Virus record (IMG/VR): IMGVR_UViG_3300032323_001800
Location: 32,001 to 96,000 of that record
DNA: 64,000 nucleotides
Strand: one strand, 5' to 3'
Origin: a virus
The translations under genes were made by a program, and so were the position numbers. Below are positions 16,017 to 24,939 of this stretch, one piece after another. The notes under the pieces were generated by a model, which was not told the origin of the DNA, did no database searches, and saw only the letters and a program-made list of their open reading frames with translations. Within the stretch, counting starts at the first letter, position 1. Every line of letters begins with the position of its first letter.

Positions 16017-16414
16017 AATCTAACGATACCAATAAAGTTATGCTAGCCCAACCCAACTGTATCGAAGATTCAAAAGCACCATGGGATGATCTTGTAGAGC
16101 AAGATTTTCATGTTAAGGTGTTTGCTGATAAGTATCCTGTCACTGACGGCCACTTGTTGTTCGTACCTAAATATAACACAGTTCATGTACTAATGGATTG
16201 TTTTCATGATGCTGTTCAAGACGGTATTAAAAGAGTACAACTAGGTGAGTGGGACGGATTTAACGTTGGATTTAATTACGGGCAAGCTGCTGGTCAAACA
16301 GTAGATTGGCCACATGTACATCTTATCCCTAGACGCAAGGGAGATATGGAAGACCCCACAGGAGGGGTGCGTCACGTAATACCTGAAAAGGGAAACTATA
16401 GGAAATCAAAATGA
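16013..16414 (+). CDS. HIT-family nucleotide hydrolase
   Basis: GHLLFVPK, GFNVGFNYGQAAGQTV, PHVHLIPRRKGD. The first triad His is replaced by Trp. Confidence 0.88.
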   Translation: MKSNDTNKVMLAQPNCIEDSKAPWDDLVEQDFHVKVFADKYPVTDGHLLFVPKYNTVHVLMDCFHDAVQDGIKRVQLGEWDGFNVGFNYGQAAGQTVDWPHVHLIPRRKGDMEDPTGGVRHVIPEKGNYRKSK

Positions 16415-16614
16415 AAAAGCAAATTGTCGAAACACTAAAGCAACATTTCGAAGCACACATTTTAAAACATAAAATGAATGTTGATATTATGTTAGCTAAT
16501 CCCATGGCCATTCATGATCACACTGATCTAATGGATGCTATTGAAAAAGAAGTTGCTCAGATTGCCGAGTATATGGACAAATTAGAAGTAATGGAGAAAC
16601 ACTTCAGTGAATAA
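16411..16614 (+). CDS. Small helical hypothetical protein
   Basis: 67 aa, coupled. Confidence 0.7.
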   Translation: MKKQIVETLKQHFEAHILKHKMNVDIMLANPMAIHDHTDLMDAIEKEVAQIAEYMDKLEVMEKHFSE

Positions 16615-16801
16615 AGTTACTGTTCCTTGGGAAAGTCAAAATAACGAATGGTGGAATGAAACATGTGCTACTATATGCGAACATTTTGGCCTTCCTGGGG
16701 GAAAGTATGTTACTGAGGTTAATACCGAATGTATGAATTTTATTTTCTACAACGATAAAGATGCTTTGATGTGTAGATTATTAGTTAGTGATAAATTATG
16801 A
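16607..16801 (+). CDS. Hypothetical protein
   Basis: 64 aa, GTG start after GGAG. Confidence 0.65.
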   Translation: MNKVTVPWESQNNEWWNETCATICEHFGLPGGKYVTEVNTECMNFIFYNDKDALMCRLLVSDKL

Positions 16802-17043
16802 CAGATAGAATAATAATTGCAGTATTATTAATTTTTTCTGTTTATGTTTTAATTTCTACCGACTTTGGTAGAAATACAGTAGTGCGATACGACTGTAGAG
16901 ATGCGCATTGGCACCCGGATATTCCTATAGAAGTTAAAAAAGAATGTTCTAAATTATTCTACAAAGAATGGAAAAAACAAGAAGATGAAAGAAAAAATGA
17001 TCCAAGCATACATGAAAACAGCCGAGACCTTCTCAGAACTTAG
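16798..17043 (+). CDS. Membrane-anchored hypothetical protein
   Basis: N-terminal TM segment and two Cys. Confidence 0.6.
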   Translation: MTDRIIIAVLLIFSVYVLISTDFGRNTVVRYDCRDAHWHPDIPIEVKKECSKLFYKEWKKQEDERKNDPSIHENSRDLLRT

Positions 17044-17500
17044 TCATGCTCGTCGATTACATGTTGGTGCTATTGTAGTGAAAGATGATAGAATTATCAG
17101 TATTGGCTATAACGGTATGCCTAGTGGGTGGGATAATAACTGCGAAGATAAAATATGGGATTCGGGCGCAGGCGGGTGGTTGAGTCCTGAAGAGATTATA
17201 GAACAATATCCGTATGAAGGATGGCACGAGGCCGCACAGCGTGATGTGCGCTACGGATTAAAAACTAAACCAGAGGTACTACATGCTGAAACTAATGCCA
17301 TTGCCAAATTGGCTAAATCTAACGAATCTGGTATGGGTGCTACTATGTTTATTACCCATGCTCCATGTTTGGATTGTGCCAAACTTATCTACCAAAGTGG
17401 TATTAGCAGTGTTCTATATCGGAACGCTTATAGGGATACTAGCGGTATTACGTTTCTTGAAAAATCGGGGGTAAAAGTTGAACAATACAATAAAGACTAG
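16985..17500 (+). CDS. dCMP deaminase
   Basis: VGAIVVKDDRIISIGYNG, HAETNAI, THAPCLDC. Confidence 0.92.
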   Translation: MKEKMIQAYMKTAETFSELSHARRLHVGAIVVKDDRIISIGYNGMPSGWDNNCEDKIWDSGAGGWLSPEEIIEQYPYEGWHEAAQRDVRYGLKTKPEVLHAETNAIAKLAKSNESGMGATMFITHAPCLDCAKLIYQSGISSVLYRNAYRDTSGITFLEKSGVKVEQYNKD

Positions 17501-17657
17501 TTGGACTCTTACTGTTGAAGAAGATTCCGACACCGGAGATGCAATAATTCAATTTCCTCCAGATCTGTTAGAGCAAGCAGGATGGAAAGAGGGCGACACA
17601 TTAATTTGGAAAGACCGGGGCGATGGCTCTTGGCTTTTAGAGAAAAAGAGTGTATAA
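17478..17657 (+). CDS. AbrB/SpoVT-like small DNA-binding protein (59 aa, not in the ORF track)
   Basis: TTG start after GGGGG. WTLTVEED..GDAIIQFPPDLLEQAGWKEGDTLIW fits the swapped-hairpin pattern. Confidence 0.65.
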   Translation: MNNTIKTSWTLTVEEDSDTGDAIIQFPPDLLEQAGWKEGDTLIWKDRGDGSWLLEKKSV

Positions 17658-17658
17658 T
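17630..17658 (+). promoter_or_regulatory. Sigma70-type promoter for queE
   Basis: TTGGCT(17630)-N17-TATAAT(17653). ATG 17665 follows after 6 nt. Confidence 0.55.
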
Positions 17659-17664
17659 AGTAAT

Positions 17665-18528
17665 ATGAGTAAAATTAAAATCGCAGAGCTGTTTTACAGC
17701 ATTCAAGGTGAAGGACGCTACATGGGTGTCCCGTCTGTATTTCTACGCACATTTGGTTGTAACTTTAAGTGTGCAGGCTTTGGAATGCCTCGTGATACAA
17801 TCAGTATCGAGGCAGATGACATTGCATACACACACGCAAATATCGAATCGTTTCAAAAATATGAAGACTTGCCGTTAGTTAGCACAGGTTGTGACAGTTA
17901 TGCTTCATGGCATCCTGCGTTCAAAGATTTGTCGCCATTGCTTACTAGCGATGCTATTGTAGAACGTACTATGGAAATTCTTCCTGGTAACAAATGGGGC
18001 GATGCTCACTTGGTTATTACAGGTGGCGAGCCGTTGCTAGGTTGGCAACGTGCTTATCCAGACTTGTTAGAACATCCTAAGATGGGGGATTTAAAAGAGA
18101 TTACTTTTGAAACAAACGGTACTCAAAAATTAAGCGAAGAATTTAAAGAATATCTAGTAAAATGGCAAATGCCTAATTTAGATTTTGCTAGAGAAGTTAC
18201 ATTTAGTGTAAGTGCTAAACTTCCATGTAGTGGTGAGAAATGGGAAGAAGCAATTCTTCCAGAAGTAGTTTGCGAGTATGAAGAAGTTGGTACAGCATAT
18301 TTGAAGTTTGTTATTGCCACTGAACAAGACTTTAAAGACGCAGAGTGTGCTATTGCCGCTTATCGTAAAGCAGGATTCAAAGGGCATGTTTATCTAATGC
18401 CAGTGGGCGGTGTTGAAAGTGTATATGCACTAAACAATCGCACAGTAGCAGACCTAGCAATGAAAAACGGTCTTCGTTACAGTGATAGATTGCAGGTGCC
18501 GTTATTTAAAAACGAGTGGGGGACATAA
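17665..18528 (+). CDS. queE: 7-carboxy-7-deazaguanine synthase (radical SAM)
   Basis: IAELFYSIQGEGRYMGVPSVFLRTFGCNFKC...GCDS, LVITGGEPLL, FETNGT, RYSDRLQVPLF. Confidence 0.9.
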   Translation: MSKIKIAELFYSIQGEGRYMGVPSVFLRTFGCNFKCAGFGMPRDTISIEADDIAYTHANIESFQKYEDLPLVSTGCDSYASWHPAFKDLSPLLTSDAIVERTMEILPGNKWGDAHLVITGGEPLLGWQRAYPDLLEHPKMGDLKEITFETNGTQKLSEEFKEYLVKWQMPNLDFAREVTFSVSAKLPCSGEKWEEAILPEVVCEYEEVGTAYLKFVIATEQDFKDAECAIAAYRKAGFKGHVYLMPVGGVESVYALNNRTVADLAMKNGLRYSDRLQVPLFKNEWGT

Positions 18529-18953
18529 TGAATATAATCAAAAAATTACTAGGCATAGACAAGCTAGAAAAAGAAAAAGAAGCATTACAAATAGCTAGAG
18601 ACAAAGCAGTAGCCGAAACAGTCAGAGCCCAAGAAGAAGAAGCACAGGCTAAACTAACTCCTAAAGAAAGAGCAACTGCTCGAGGAGAACCATACATTGC
18701 CGTTCTTGATACCAAGGTGAATCCGGACAATATTCGTAATGGCTTTTTTGAACTTGACTGGAATGATCAATTTCTGTTACAATTAAAGCAAGAAGGCTAC
18801 GGGTTCGACGGCGATGCTGAAGAAGAAATTGTAGATCGTTGGTTTAGAGATATTGTTCGACAAATGCTTGATGAGGACGGCCTTGATTCTAATAGGCCGG
18901 CTGGTTATATTAACGTAATTCCAATAGCTAAAGGCAAAGCAGAAGTTTCATGA
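18528..18953 (+). CDS. Conserved hypothetical protein
   Basis: N-terminal coiled coil and NGFFELDWN. Start at the TAATG overlap. Confidence 0.75.
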   Translation: MNIIKKLLGIDKLEKEKEALQIARDKAVAETVRAQEEEAQAKLTPKERATARGEPYIAVLDTKVNPDNIRNGFFELDWNDQFLLQLKQEGYGFDGDAEEEIVDRWFRDIVRQMLDEDGLDSNRPAGYINVIPIAKGKAEVS

Positions 18954-19936
18954 CATATATTTTAGTAGATACTGCTAACACATTCTTCCGTGCTAGACAC
19001 GTAATTCGCGGCGATGCTGACATTAAGTTGGGCATGGCGTTTCACATCACTTTAAATTCCATCAAAAAAGCATGGAAAGACTTTGAGGGGAAACATGTAG
19101 TGTTCTGTCTCGAAGGTCGTAGTTGGCGTAAAGACTACTATGCTCCGTATAAACGTAATCGTTCGGATGCTCGTGCTGCGCTAACTCCTTCAGAACAAGA
19201 AGAAGATAAAATATTCTGGGAAGCATTTGATACATTCAAAGATTTCGTCACGGAAAAAACTAATTGTACAGTACTACAACATCCGCAACTAGAAGCAGAC
19301 GATTTGATTGCTGGATTTATTCAATCGCACCCAAACGATAATCATGTTATCATTTCAACTGATACCGACTTCGTTCAACTTATTGCCCCCAATGTAAAAC
19401 AATATAACGGTGTTCAGGAATGTACAATTACACATGAGGGATACTTTGATGACAAGGGCAAACGAATTATTGACAAGAAAACACAAGAAGCAAAAATTGC
19501 TCCTAACCCAGAATGGCTCTTGTTTGAAAAATGTATGCGTGGTGATACCAGTGATAATGTCTTCTCGGCGTATCCAGGTGTGCGTGTTAAAGGTACTAAA
19601 AACAAAGTTGGTCTTACTGAAGCGTTCGAAGATCGTAACAGCAAAGGATTTTCGTGGAACAATCTCATGCTACAGAGATGGACTGATCACGAAGGTCAAG
19701 AACATCGTGTGTTAGAAGACTATAATCGTAATCGACAATTGATCGATCTTACACAGCAGCCAGAAGATATTCGAGCAGTTATTAATGAAACTATTTCGTC
19801 TGCCACTCAAGCAGATAAAAATATTAGTCAAGTCGGTATCAGACTTATTAAGTTCTGCAATTTGTATGATCTTAAAAAAATTGCGGATCAAGCACAAGCA
19901 TATGCTGAACCATTAAATGCGAGGTATAAACAATGA
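18950..19936 (+). CDS. rnh: T4 RNase H-like 5'-3' exonuclease/flap endonuclease
   Basis: ILVDTAN, EADDLIA, ISTDTDFVQL, RGDTSDNV. Confidence 0.9.
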   Translation: MTYILVDTANTFFRARHVIRGDADIKLGMAFHITLNSIKKAWKDFEGKHVVFCLEGRSWRKDYYAPYKRNRSDARAALTPSEQEEDKIFWEAFDTFKDFVTEKTNCTVLQHPQLEADDLIAGFIQSHPNDNHVIISTDTDFVQLIAPNVKQYNGVQECTITHEGYFDDKGKRIIDKKTQEAKIAPNPEWLLFEKCMRGDTSDNVFSAYPGVRVKGTKNKVGLTEAFEDRNSKGFSWNNLMLQRWTDHEGQEHRVLEDYNRNRQLIDLTQQPEDIRAVINETISSATQADKNISQVGIRLIKFCNLYDLKKIADQAQAYAEPLNARYKQ

Positions 19937-20409
19937 CAGACTTACAGGCAAAAGCAGTAATTGAAAATAAATTTTGGATTGTCGAAAAAGATGGCGAGAA
20001 GTTTGCCACATTAAGAAAAAGCGATGATAATAGATTTGTTATGAGTAATGAAGCTGGGATTAAGATTTACGAAACAAAGAAAAGTTTAACTGATCAATTT
20101 GGCAAAGATTTCTTTGTTGCTAAAATTATCAAAGAAGCAACTAACTCACCGTTACAGGAAGTGCATGGTTACCCTAGTTCGTGTAATCCACATAATCCAA
20201 TGTATGACATTAAAAGAAAGTTGCCACTTTTTACCAAGAGTCAAGATAGTAAAAGTGTGTATTGCGCCGGTTATTATGTTATTAAGTTTGATAAAGGCTG
20301 GGTCAAGAGCCATTGTCCTAAATTAATAACTCTCCAGCGATACGAATATCAAGGGCCGTTTAAGACAGAACTTGAAATGAAACAAAGGTTATCTAATGTC
20401 TCGAAATGA
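19933..20409 (+). CDS. Hypothetical protein
   Basis: 158 aa, coupled. Confidence 0.75.
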   Translation: MTDLQAKAVIENKFWIVEKDGEKFATLRKSDDNRFVMSNEAGIKIYETKKSLTDQFGKDFFVAKIIKEATNSPLQEVHGYPSSCNPHNPMYDIKRKLPLFTKSQDSKSVYCAGYYVIKFDKGWVKSHCPKLITLQRYEYQGPFKTELEMKQRLSNVSK

Positions 20410-20644
20410 TCTACCAATTAAACTTACTAGCGTTGAAAAAATAGTACAACGACTAGTTGCCGCTGAAAAAAGCAATCAAAAAGAAATTAGGCTCTCTGTT
20501 CAAGAAGCTCGTGAGATTGTGACCGATCTTAGTGTATTAACATCTAAATTGGGCAAACATATCGAAGATATACATCAAAAATTAGATAAAATCGAAGCTG
20601 CTAGTGCTCAACTCAATGTACAGATGGACGGAGGCACGTTCTGA
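20396..20644 (+). CDS. Hypothetical coiled-coil protein
   Basis: 82 aa. Confidence 0.7.
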   Translation: MSRNDLPIKLTSVEKIVQRLVAAEKSNQKEIRLSVQEAREIVTDLSVLTSKLGKHIEDIHQKLDKIEAASAQLNVQMDGGTF

Positions 20645-20649
20645 GAAGA

Positions 20650-20655
20650 TAAATA
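20650..20655 (+). promoter_or_regulatory. Putative late promoter core TAAATA
   Basis: gaTAAATA in the intergenic gap before 20681. Confidence 0.4.
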
Positions 20656-20680
20656 TATGCGTGTATTATAAAAGAGAGAT

Positions 20681-20971
20681 TTGATGAGCAGACCAAAACC
20701 TAAAGTGTTACTTGAACATGCAAATAAAGAAACTTATAGAATAGAACAGGTTCTTGAGTCTGAAGCCATTTGGGCTGTATTTTATAAAGATCAGCCATTT
20801 AACTTAAAAAGCGGCAGTTTAGTTTCAAGTTATCCTGGTCCTAAATATAAAAAAGTTTCCTTTTCAAATCCTGGTCACGCTAGAAATCTTGCAAAGAAAT
20901 TAAACAAAATGTTTAAAACAGAAGAGTTTAAAGTTTGCAAATTAACATCCGGTGAAGTTGTCGAGAAGTAA
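20681..20971 (+). CDS. Basic hypothetical protein
   Basis: 96 aa, SD GAGAG. Confidence 0.75.
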   Translation: MMSRPKPKVLLEHANKETYRIEQVLESEAIWAVFYKDQPFNLKSGSLVSSYPGPKYKKVSFSNPGHARNLAKKLNKMFKTEEFKVCKLTSGEVVEK

Positions 20972-21360
20972 TGAATAAAAAATATGCTTTTACAGAAACA
21001 TTCTTAAAAGCTGCTAATATAAATCCAAACAGCGATTTAATACAAGAAAAAAAACTCCAATGGTGGTTCAATGTTCGTGATAAAGACGAAGGCGGTCTTC
21101 GTCTAACCGAAGATGGACTTACCTTTGTCCAAAACGATGCTGACATCAAAACATATACAATAAAGTTTCCCGGACATGTGACTTTAACTCCGCAGATACT
21201 TGTATGGTTAGACCAGCAAATTAAGTCCCCGTATCATGTTACTAAAAAAGAAATAACTGTTCTATCCGAAAAAGATGCTTTTGAGTTATATTTGTTCTCA
21301 GGCGATGTGAGAAAAATGGGATATTCCAAAGCACTGTCAAAACGATTAAACCAAGATTAA
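20971..21360 (+). CDS. Hypothetical protein
   Basis: 129 aa, TAATG overlap. Confidence 0.75.
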   Translation: MNKKYAFTETFLKAANINPNSDLIQEKKLQWWFNVRDKDEGGLRLTEDGLTFVQNDADIKTYTIKFPGHVTLTPQILVWLDQQIKSPYHVTKKEITVLSEKDAFELYLFSGDVRKMGYSKALSKRLNQD

Positions 21361-21398
21361 CCGTCCCTAATCGCAACAGGTTTAAATATTATGCTATT

Positions 21399-21668
21399 AT
21401 GATTACTATAAATCCTCTAGACCATCTTAACAAGAGAAAATTAAATTGGATTCCTGTTCAATTTTCCAAAACAAAACTCTCTCAAATTTCAAATATTGAG
21501 AAAGTAGATGAATGGATTAAATATCGCCTTAGTGGGAGATATTGTATAGCATCATATCCTCATCTTGACCGAGATGAGAAATCTAAAACAGCCACTTTTG
21601 TGGCCTTTGAAGAAGAAAAAGAACTAACATACTTTATGTTAGCATGTCCATACCTAAGGAGTATTTAA
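21399..21668 (+). CDS. Hypothetical protein
   Basis: 89 aa, preceded by TAAATA at 21383-21388. Confidence 0.7.
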   Translation: MITINPLDHLNKRKLNWIPVQFSKTKLSQISNIEKVDEWIKYRLSGRYCIASYPHLDRDEKSKTATFVAFEEEKELTYFMLACPYLRSI

Positions 21669-21908
21669 ATGACAGACGAAGTTAAACAAAACGAAGCAGA
21701 AGCACAGAAGCAGATGGCCGCTCAACCTCAAGCTGAACAGCCAAGTACTGATCTAACAATCTCAGATCTAAATGCTTTAAAGACAGTAATCGATGTTGCC
21801 ACACAACGCGGTGCGTTTAAGGCAGCAGAAATGGAAGCGGTAGGTAAAGTTTATAACAAACTAAACAACTTTTTAGCAACTGTGGCACCTGCTAAAGAAG
21901 GACAATAA
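21669..21908 (+). CDS. Hypothetical protein
   Basis: 79 aa, SD AAGGAG. Confidence 0.75.
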   Translation: MTDEVKQNEAEAQKQMAAQPQAEQPSTDLTISDLNALKTVIDVATQRGAFKAAEMEAVGKVYNKLNNFLATVAPAKEGQ

Positions 21909-21910
21909 TC

Positions 21911-22564
21911 ATGAAAACATTAAAGCATATCGGTAGAATTAAATCAACCGGTGAAAAAGTTCTAGTAGCATTTAGAACAATCCCAGGAGATTCGTCGTTT
22001 GCTCTTGTTGTTACTGTTGGTTCTTTAACAGCACCGCAACATGATGCTATCATAAATCTTGTAGAAACTGATCAAGCCCAAGATGCGTTTGAATTCGGTG
22101 AAGTGTTGGCTATCAGACATTTCCCAGAAGGCGGACTTATGTTGCCAGTGTTAAGTCAATTAGGAAAACTACAAAAAGTAGGAACTTCGGATATATTGAT
22201 TACACCAACATCCGACGAAGGTAAAACGATTCCGTTAAGTGATCTTAACACAATTATTGCTGAACAGAAGAACTGTGCTGTTGATGATCTATGCAATTTT
22301 GTTTCAGGTGCGCCATCAACCGAAGTACGCACTGCTGCTAAAGTTAATGAAGTGCCTAAGACCAAAGAACCGGCTATCGAAGAGTCAGCTGTACTTAAAG
22401 CAGCAAACAACGAAGTATTAGATGATAAATCCATTGCTCGTTCATATCGTAGCCAGGCAGATGCTATGTATAAAGAAGCTGCTAGATTACGTAAAGAAGC
22501 TGATTCATTAGATCCACCGCAGAAGAAAACAACTTCAAAGGTAAAAGAAACCGAAGGTGCCTAA
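21911..22564 (+). CDS. Hypothetical protein
   Basis: 217 aa, SD AAGGA. Confidence 0.75.
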   Translation: MKTLKHIGRIKSTGEKVLVAFRTIPGDSSFALVVTVGSLTAPQHDAIINLVETDQAQDAFEFGEVLAIRHFPEGGLMLPVLSQLGKLQKVGTSDILITPTSDEGKTIPLSDLNTIIAEQKNCAVDDLCNFVSGAPSTEVRTAAKVNEVPKTKEPAIEESAVLKAANNEVLDDKSIARSYRSQADAMYKEAARLRKEADSLDPPQKKTTSKVKETEGA

Positions 22565-22871
22565 AAAATTATTCAAGCCACCAAAAGACGTTATCCAAGA
22601 GTGGCCTGAAATCTTTGAAGACCTTTATATGAGCACTATTCCTATTTCATATATGCATAGTGTGGAAATAGAGTTTGACGATGGCAGGATTTGGGAAATT
22701 AATGTCGCTGAACAACTGGAACTAAACGAAGCTGAGATTGTGGCGAAAAAGTTAATCGAAGCATTCAGAGAATATCAAAACGAAATTCATAATATGAATT
22801 TTAGAGTAGATATCGAAAAATTAAAAAATGATGTAATTAATTCAACGAAAGGTATACTAGGTAACAAATGA
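22557..22871 (+). CDS. Hypothetical protein
   Basis: 104 aa, GTG start. Confidence 0.7.
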   Translation: MPKKLFKPPKDVIQEWPEIFEDLYMSTIPISYMHSVEIEFDDGRIWEINVAEQLELNEAEIVAKKLIEAFREYQNEIHNMNFRVDIEKLKNDVINSTKGILGNK

Positions 22872-23554
22872 ATGTTAAACTTTTATCATATTCCCAACCA
22901 ACAGGCGAGTTTGCAGACATGGGCCTCAAAGATGCGCAAGAACTCATTGCGTATTGCGCCCGTGTCAGCAATCCCAGCAACCAGTTTAACACCGAGACAT
23001 CAGAGAAACTCATCCGATACTTGGTCAAACACGCACACTGGTCACCACTCGAAATGGTCAGCGCCTGCATTGAGATCGAAACCACAAGAGATATCGCCAG
23101 ACAGATCCTCAGACACAGAAGTTTTAGTTTCCAAGAATTCAGTCAGCGATATGCTGATCCTACTACAGACCTCTCGTTCGTGGTTAGAGAAGCACGGAAG
23201 CAAGATCCAAAAAACAGACAGAACTCGATCGCATTGGAGCCTACAATCGGCGATGCAATGTTACAGGACCAATGGAGAGATAAGCAGCTCGAACTTATCA
23301 AACTCGCAGCAGACACTTACAAGTGGGCTGTCGATAACGGCATAGCTAAAGAACAAGCTCGATCTGTTCTACCGGAAGGTAATACCGTAAGCCGATTATA
23401 CATGAACGGAACTCTGCGCTCATGGATACACTTCATTCAGTTACGGTCTGGGAATGGGACACAACTAGAGCATCAAAGAATTGCCATTGCGTGTGCCGAA
23501 GTAATTACTAAGGTATTTCCTATGAGCAAGGAATTCGTTGAAACAGATCAATAA
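22868..23554 (+). CDS. thyX: FAD-dependent thymidylate synthase
   Basis: CARVSN, HAHWSPLE, RHRSFSFQEFSQRY (RHRx7SxR), KEQARSVLP, LRSWIHF. Confidence 0.97.
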   Translation: MNVKLLSYSQPTGEFADMGLKDAQELIAYCARVSNPSNQFNTETSEKLIRYLVKHAHWSPLEMVSACIEIETTRDIARQILRHRSFSFQEFSQRYADPTTDLSFVVREARKQDPKNRQNSIALEPTIGDAMLQDQWRDKQLELIKLAADTYKWAVDNGIAKEQARSVLPEGNTVSRLYMNGTLRSWIHFIQLRSGNGTQLEHQRIAIACAEVITKVFPMSKEFVETDQ

Positions 23555-24939
23555 CTTTTACAAAGATTATAGAATTCTGTCATTTCGGGGAACGTTTTTA
23601 AAAAATTCGTTCCTCTTCTCTTATCGTGTTCATCAACAAACATAATAAAATCTTTTCTATTATTAATTTGATTACTACCAAGTTTGGATTGATATACAGA
23701 CAAGAGTCTTTCTAATTTTTGAATTTCAGAATTATAAAATCCAAGATCATACATTGTTGCTATCTGATCGTTTATATTTTCTAAAAAATTCTCTGTTAAT
23801 ATACCAACTGATTGATGAGGAGGATTATTTAGATACGGTATATCTAACACAACCATACGCTTGTCAAATTGTTTCCTTAACACAAATTTAAGAATTGTTT
23901 CATACCATGTAAGTTTGCCATACTTAACATTTAACGCAGCAACATCATTTAAGAACTTGTTGTATGAAGTTACAGATAACGCATTATATGTACTCATAAT
24001 TCCTAATTTTGATTTAGGAACAGTTGAAAGATATTTCTCACAATTTACTAACCATTGATTATAATCTAAACCGTGTCTAATATATTCCGCTGCTTGGCCA
24101 TAGGCTTCGCAACTTGTATAAATTATTAAACTTTTTACTGCGTTTTGTTTTTTTATTAATTGAAGTTTTTTTATAAACTTATCAAACAACTCATCAGGCA
24201 CACAGAAATTAGAATTTATACTCAGTTCTAATTGTGTATTGGGATTAGAAATTATATAATCCAATACCTGAAACGTGTGCTTTGATAACAGGGGTTCTCC
24301 CCCAGTAATTCTAAATGTATGTAAGTCAGGATATAACGACGGCCACCACTGCCAAAAAGCATCTACATACGGATTTTCCTCTCTTTCAGGAATAGGCTCT
24401 TTGTTTTGAATTTTAATCCAGTTAAGATTATTAAATTGTGTAGATGTAGGATACGGGCCGTGTTCTTTTATTTCTTCCATCCACTTACTGCTGACATCGG
24501 GCGAACAGTAAGAACATTTAAAATTACAAACATTACTAAATGAAACTTCTAAATATTTAGGATTGATCGACTCAGTTGAACCAGCAGTTAATACATCATC
24601 AATAAATGGTCTTGACCACGGTTCATAACTTTTTAAAACTCTATCGCTGAGAAGTTCTCCAGCATCTTCAACTTTCCAGCAATAATCACATTCTTTAGGT
24701 CTAATGCCATTTAACATTTCTTCACGTATTGATTTTTTAAAAGATGTGTTGTGCAATGCGCTAGGATCTTTTTGTATTTCAGAGATAGGAATAACGTGAG
24801 TTCTAGGATGATGGCAACTATGTGTATGCCCTACTCCTAAATGAAGAGTAGTTTGTGTCCATTTAGCTGTACAGAAACTAGGGCTAATTGAATCTAATTG
24901 TTTTTTATAATCAATTCTGTCTTGAGACCATTTGTTCAT
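23548..24939 (-). CDS. Radical SAM protein with N-terminal twitch-like Cys/His domain
   Basis: CTAKW...HSCHHP...CDYCW, then CNFKCSYC (CxxxCxxC) and ITGGEPLL. Confidence 0.88.
   Translation of the reverse strand: MNKWSQDRIDYKKQLDSISPSFCTAKWTQTTLHLGVGHTHSCHHPRTHVIPISEIQKDPSALHNTSFKKSIREEMLNGIRPKECDYCWKVEDAGELLSDRVLKSYEPWSRPFIDDVLTAGSTESINPKYLEVSFSNVCNFKCSYCSPDVSSKWMEEIKEHGPYPTSTQFNNLNWIKIQNKEPIPEREENPYVDAFWQWWPSLYPDLHTFRITGGEPLLSKHTFQVLDYIISNPNTQLELSINSNFCVPDELFDKFIKKLQLIKKQNAVKSLIIYTSCEAYGQAAEYIRHGLDYNQWLVNCEKYLSTVPKSKLGIMSTYNALSVTSYNKFLNDVAALNVKYGKLTWYETILKFVLRKQFDKRMVVLDIPYLNNPPHQSVGILTENFLENINDQIATMYDLGFYNSEIQKLERLLSVYQSKLGSNQINNRKDFIMFVDEHDKRRGTNFLKTFPEMTEFYNLCKSY

Noticed and set aside
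7753-18528. QueC, QueF or archaeosine synthase gene; preQ1 riboswitch
   Set aside because: No SGGxDS PP-loop ORF, QueF motif or riboswitch consensus recognised in this window.
22872-23345. 157-aa +1-frame ORF inside thyX
   Set aside because: Shadow ORF favoured by local high GC. No RBS or motifs.
23540-23560. Terminator at the convergent thyX/radical SAM junction
   Set aside because: The genes overlap by 7 bp and no hairpin is evident.
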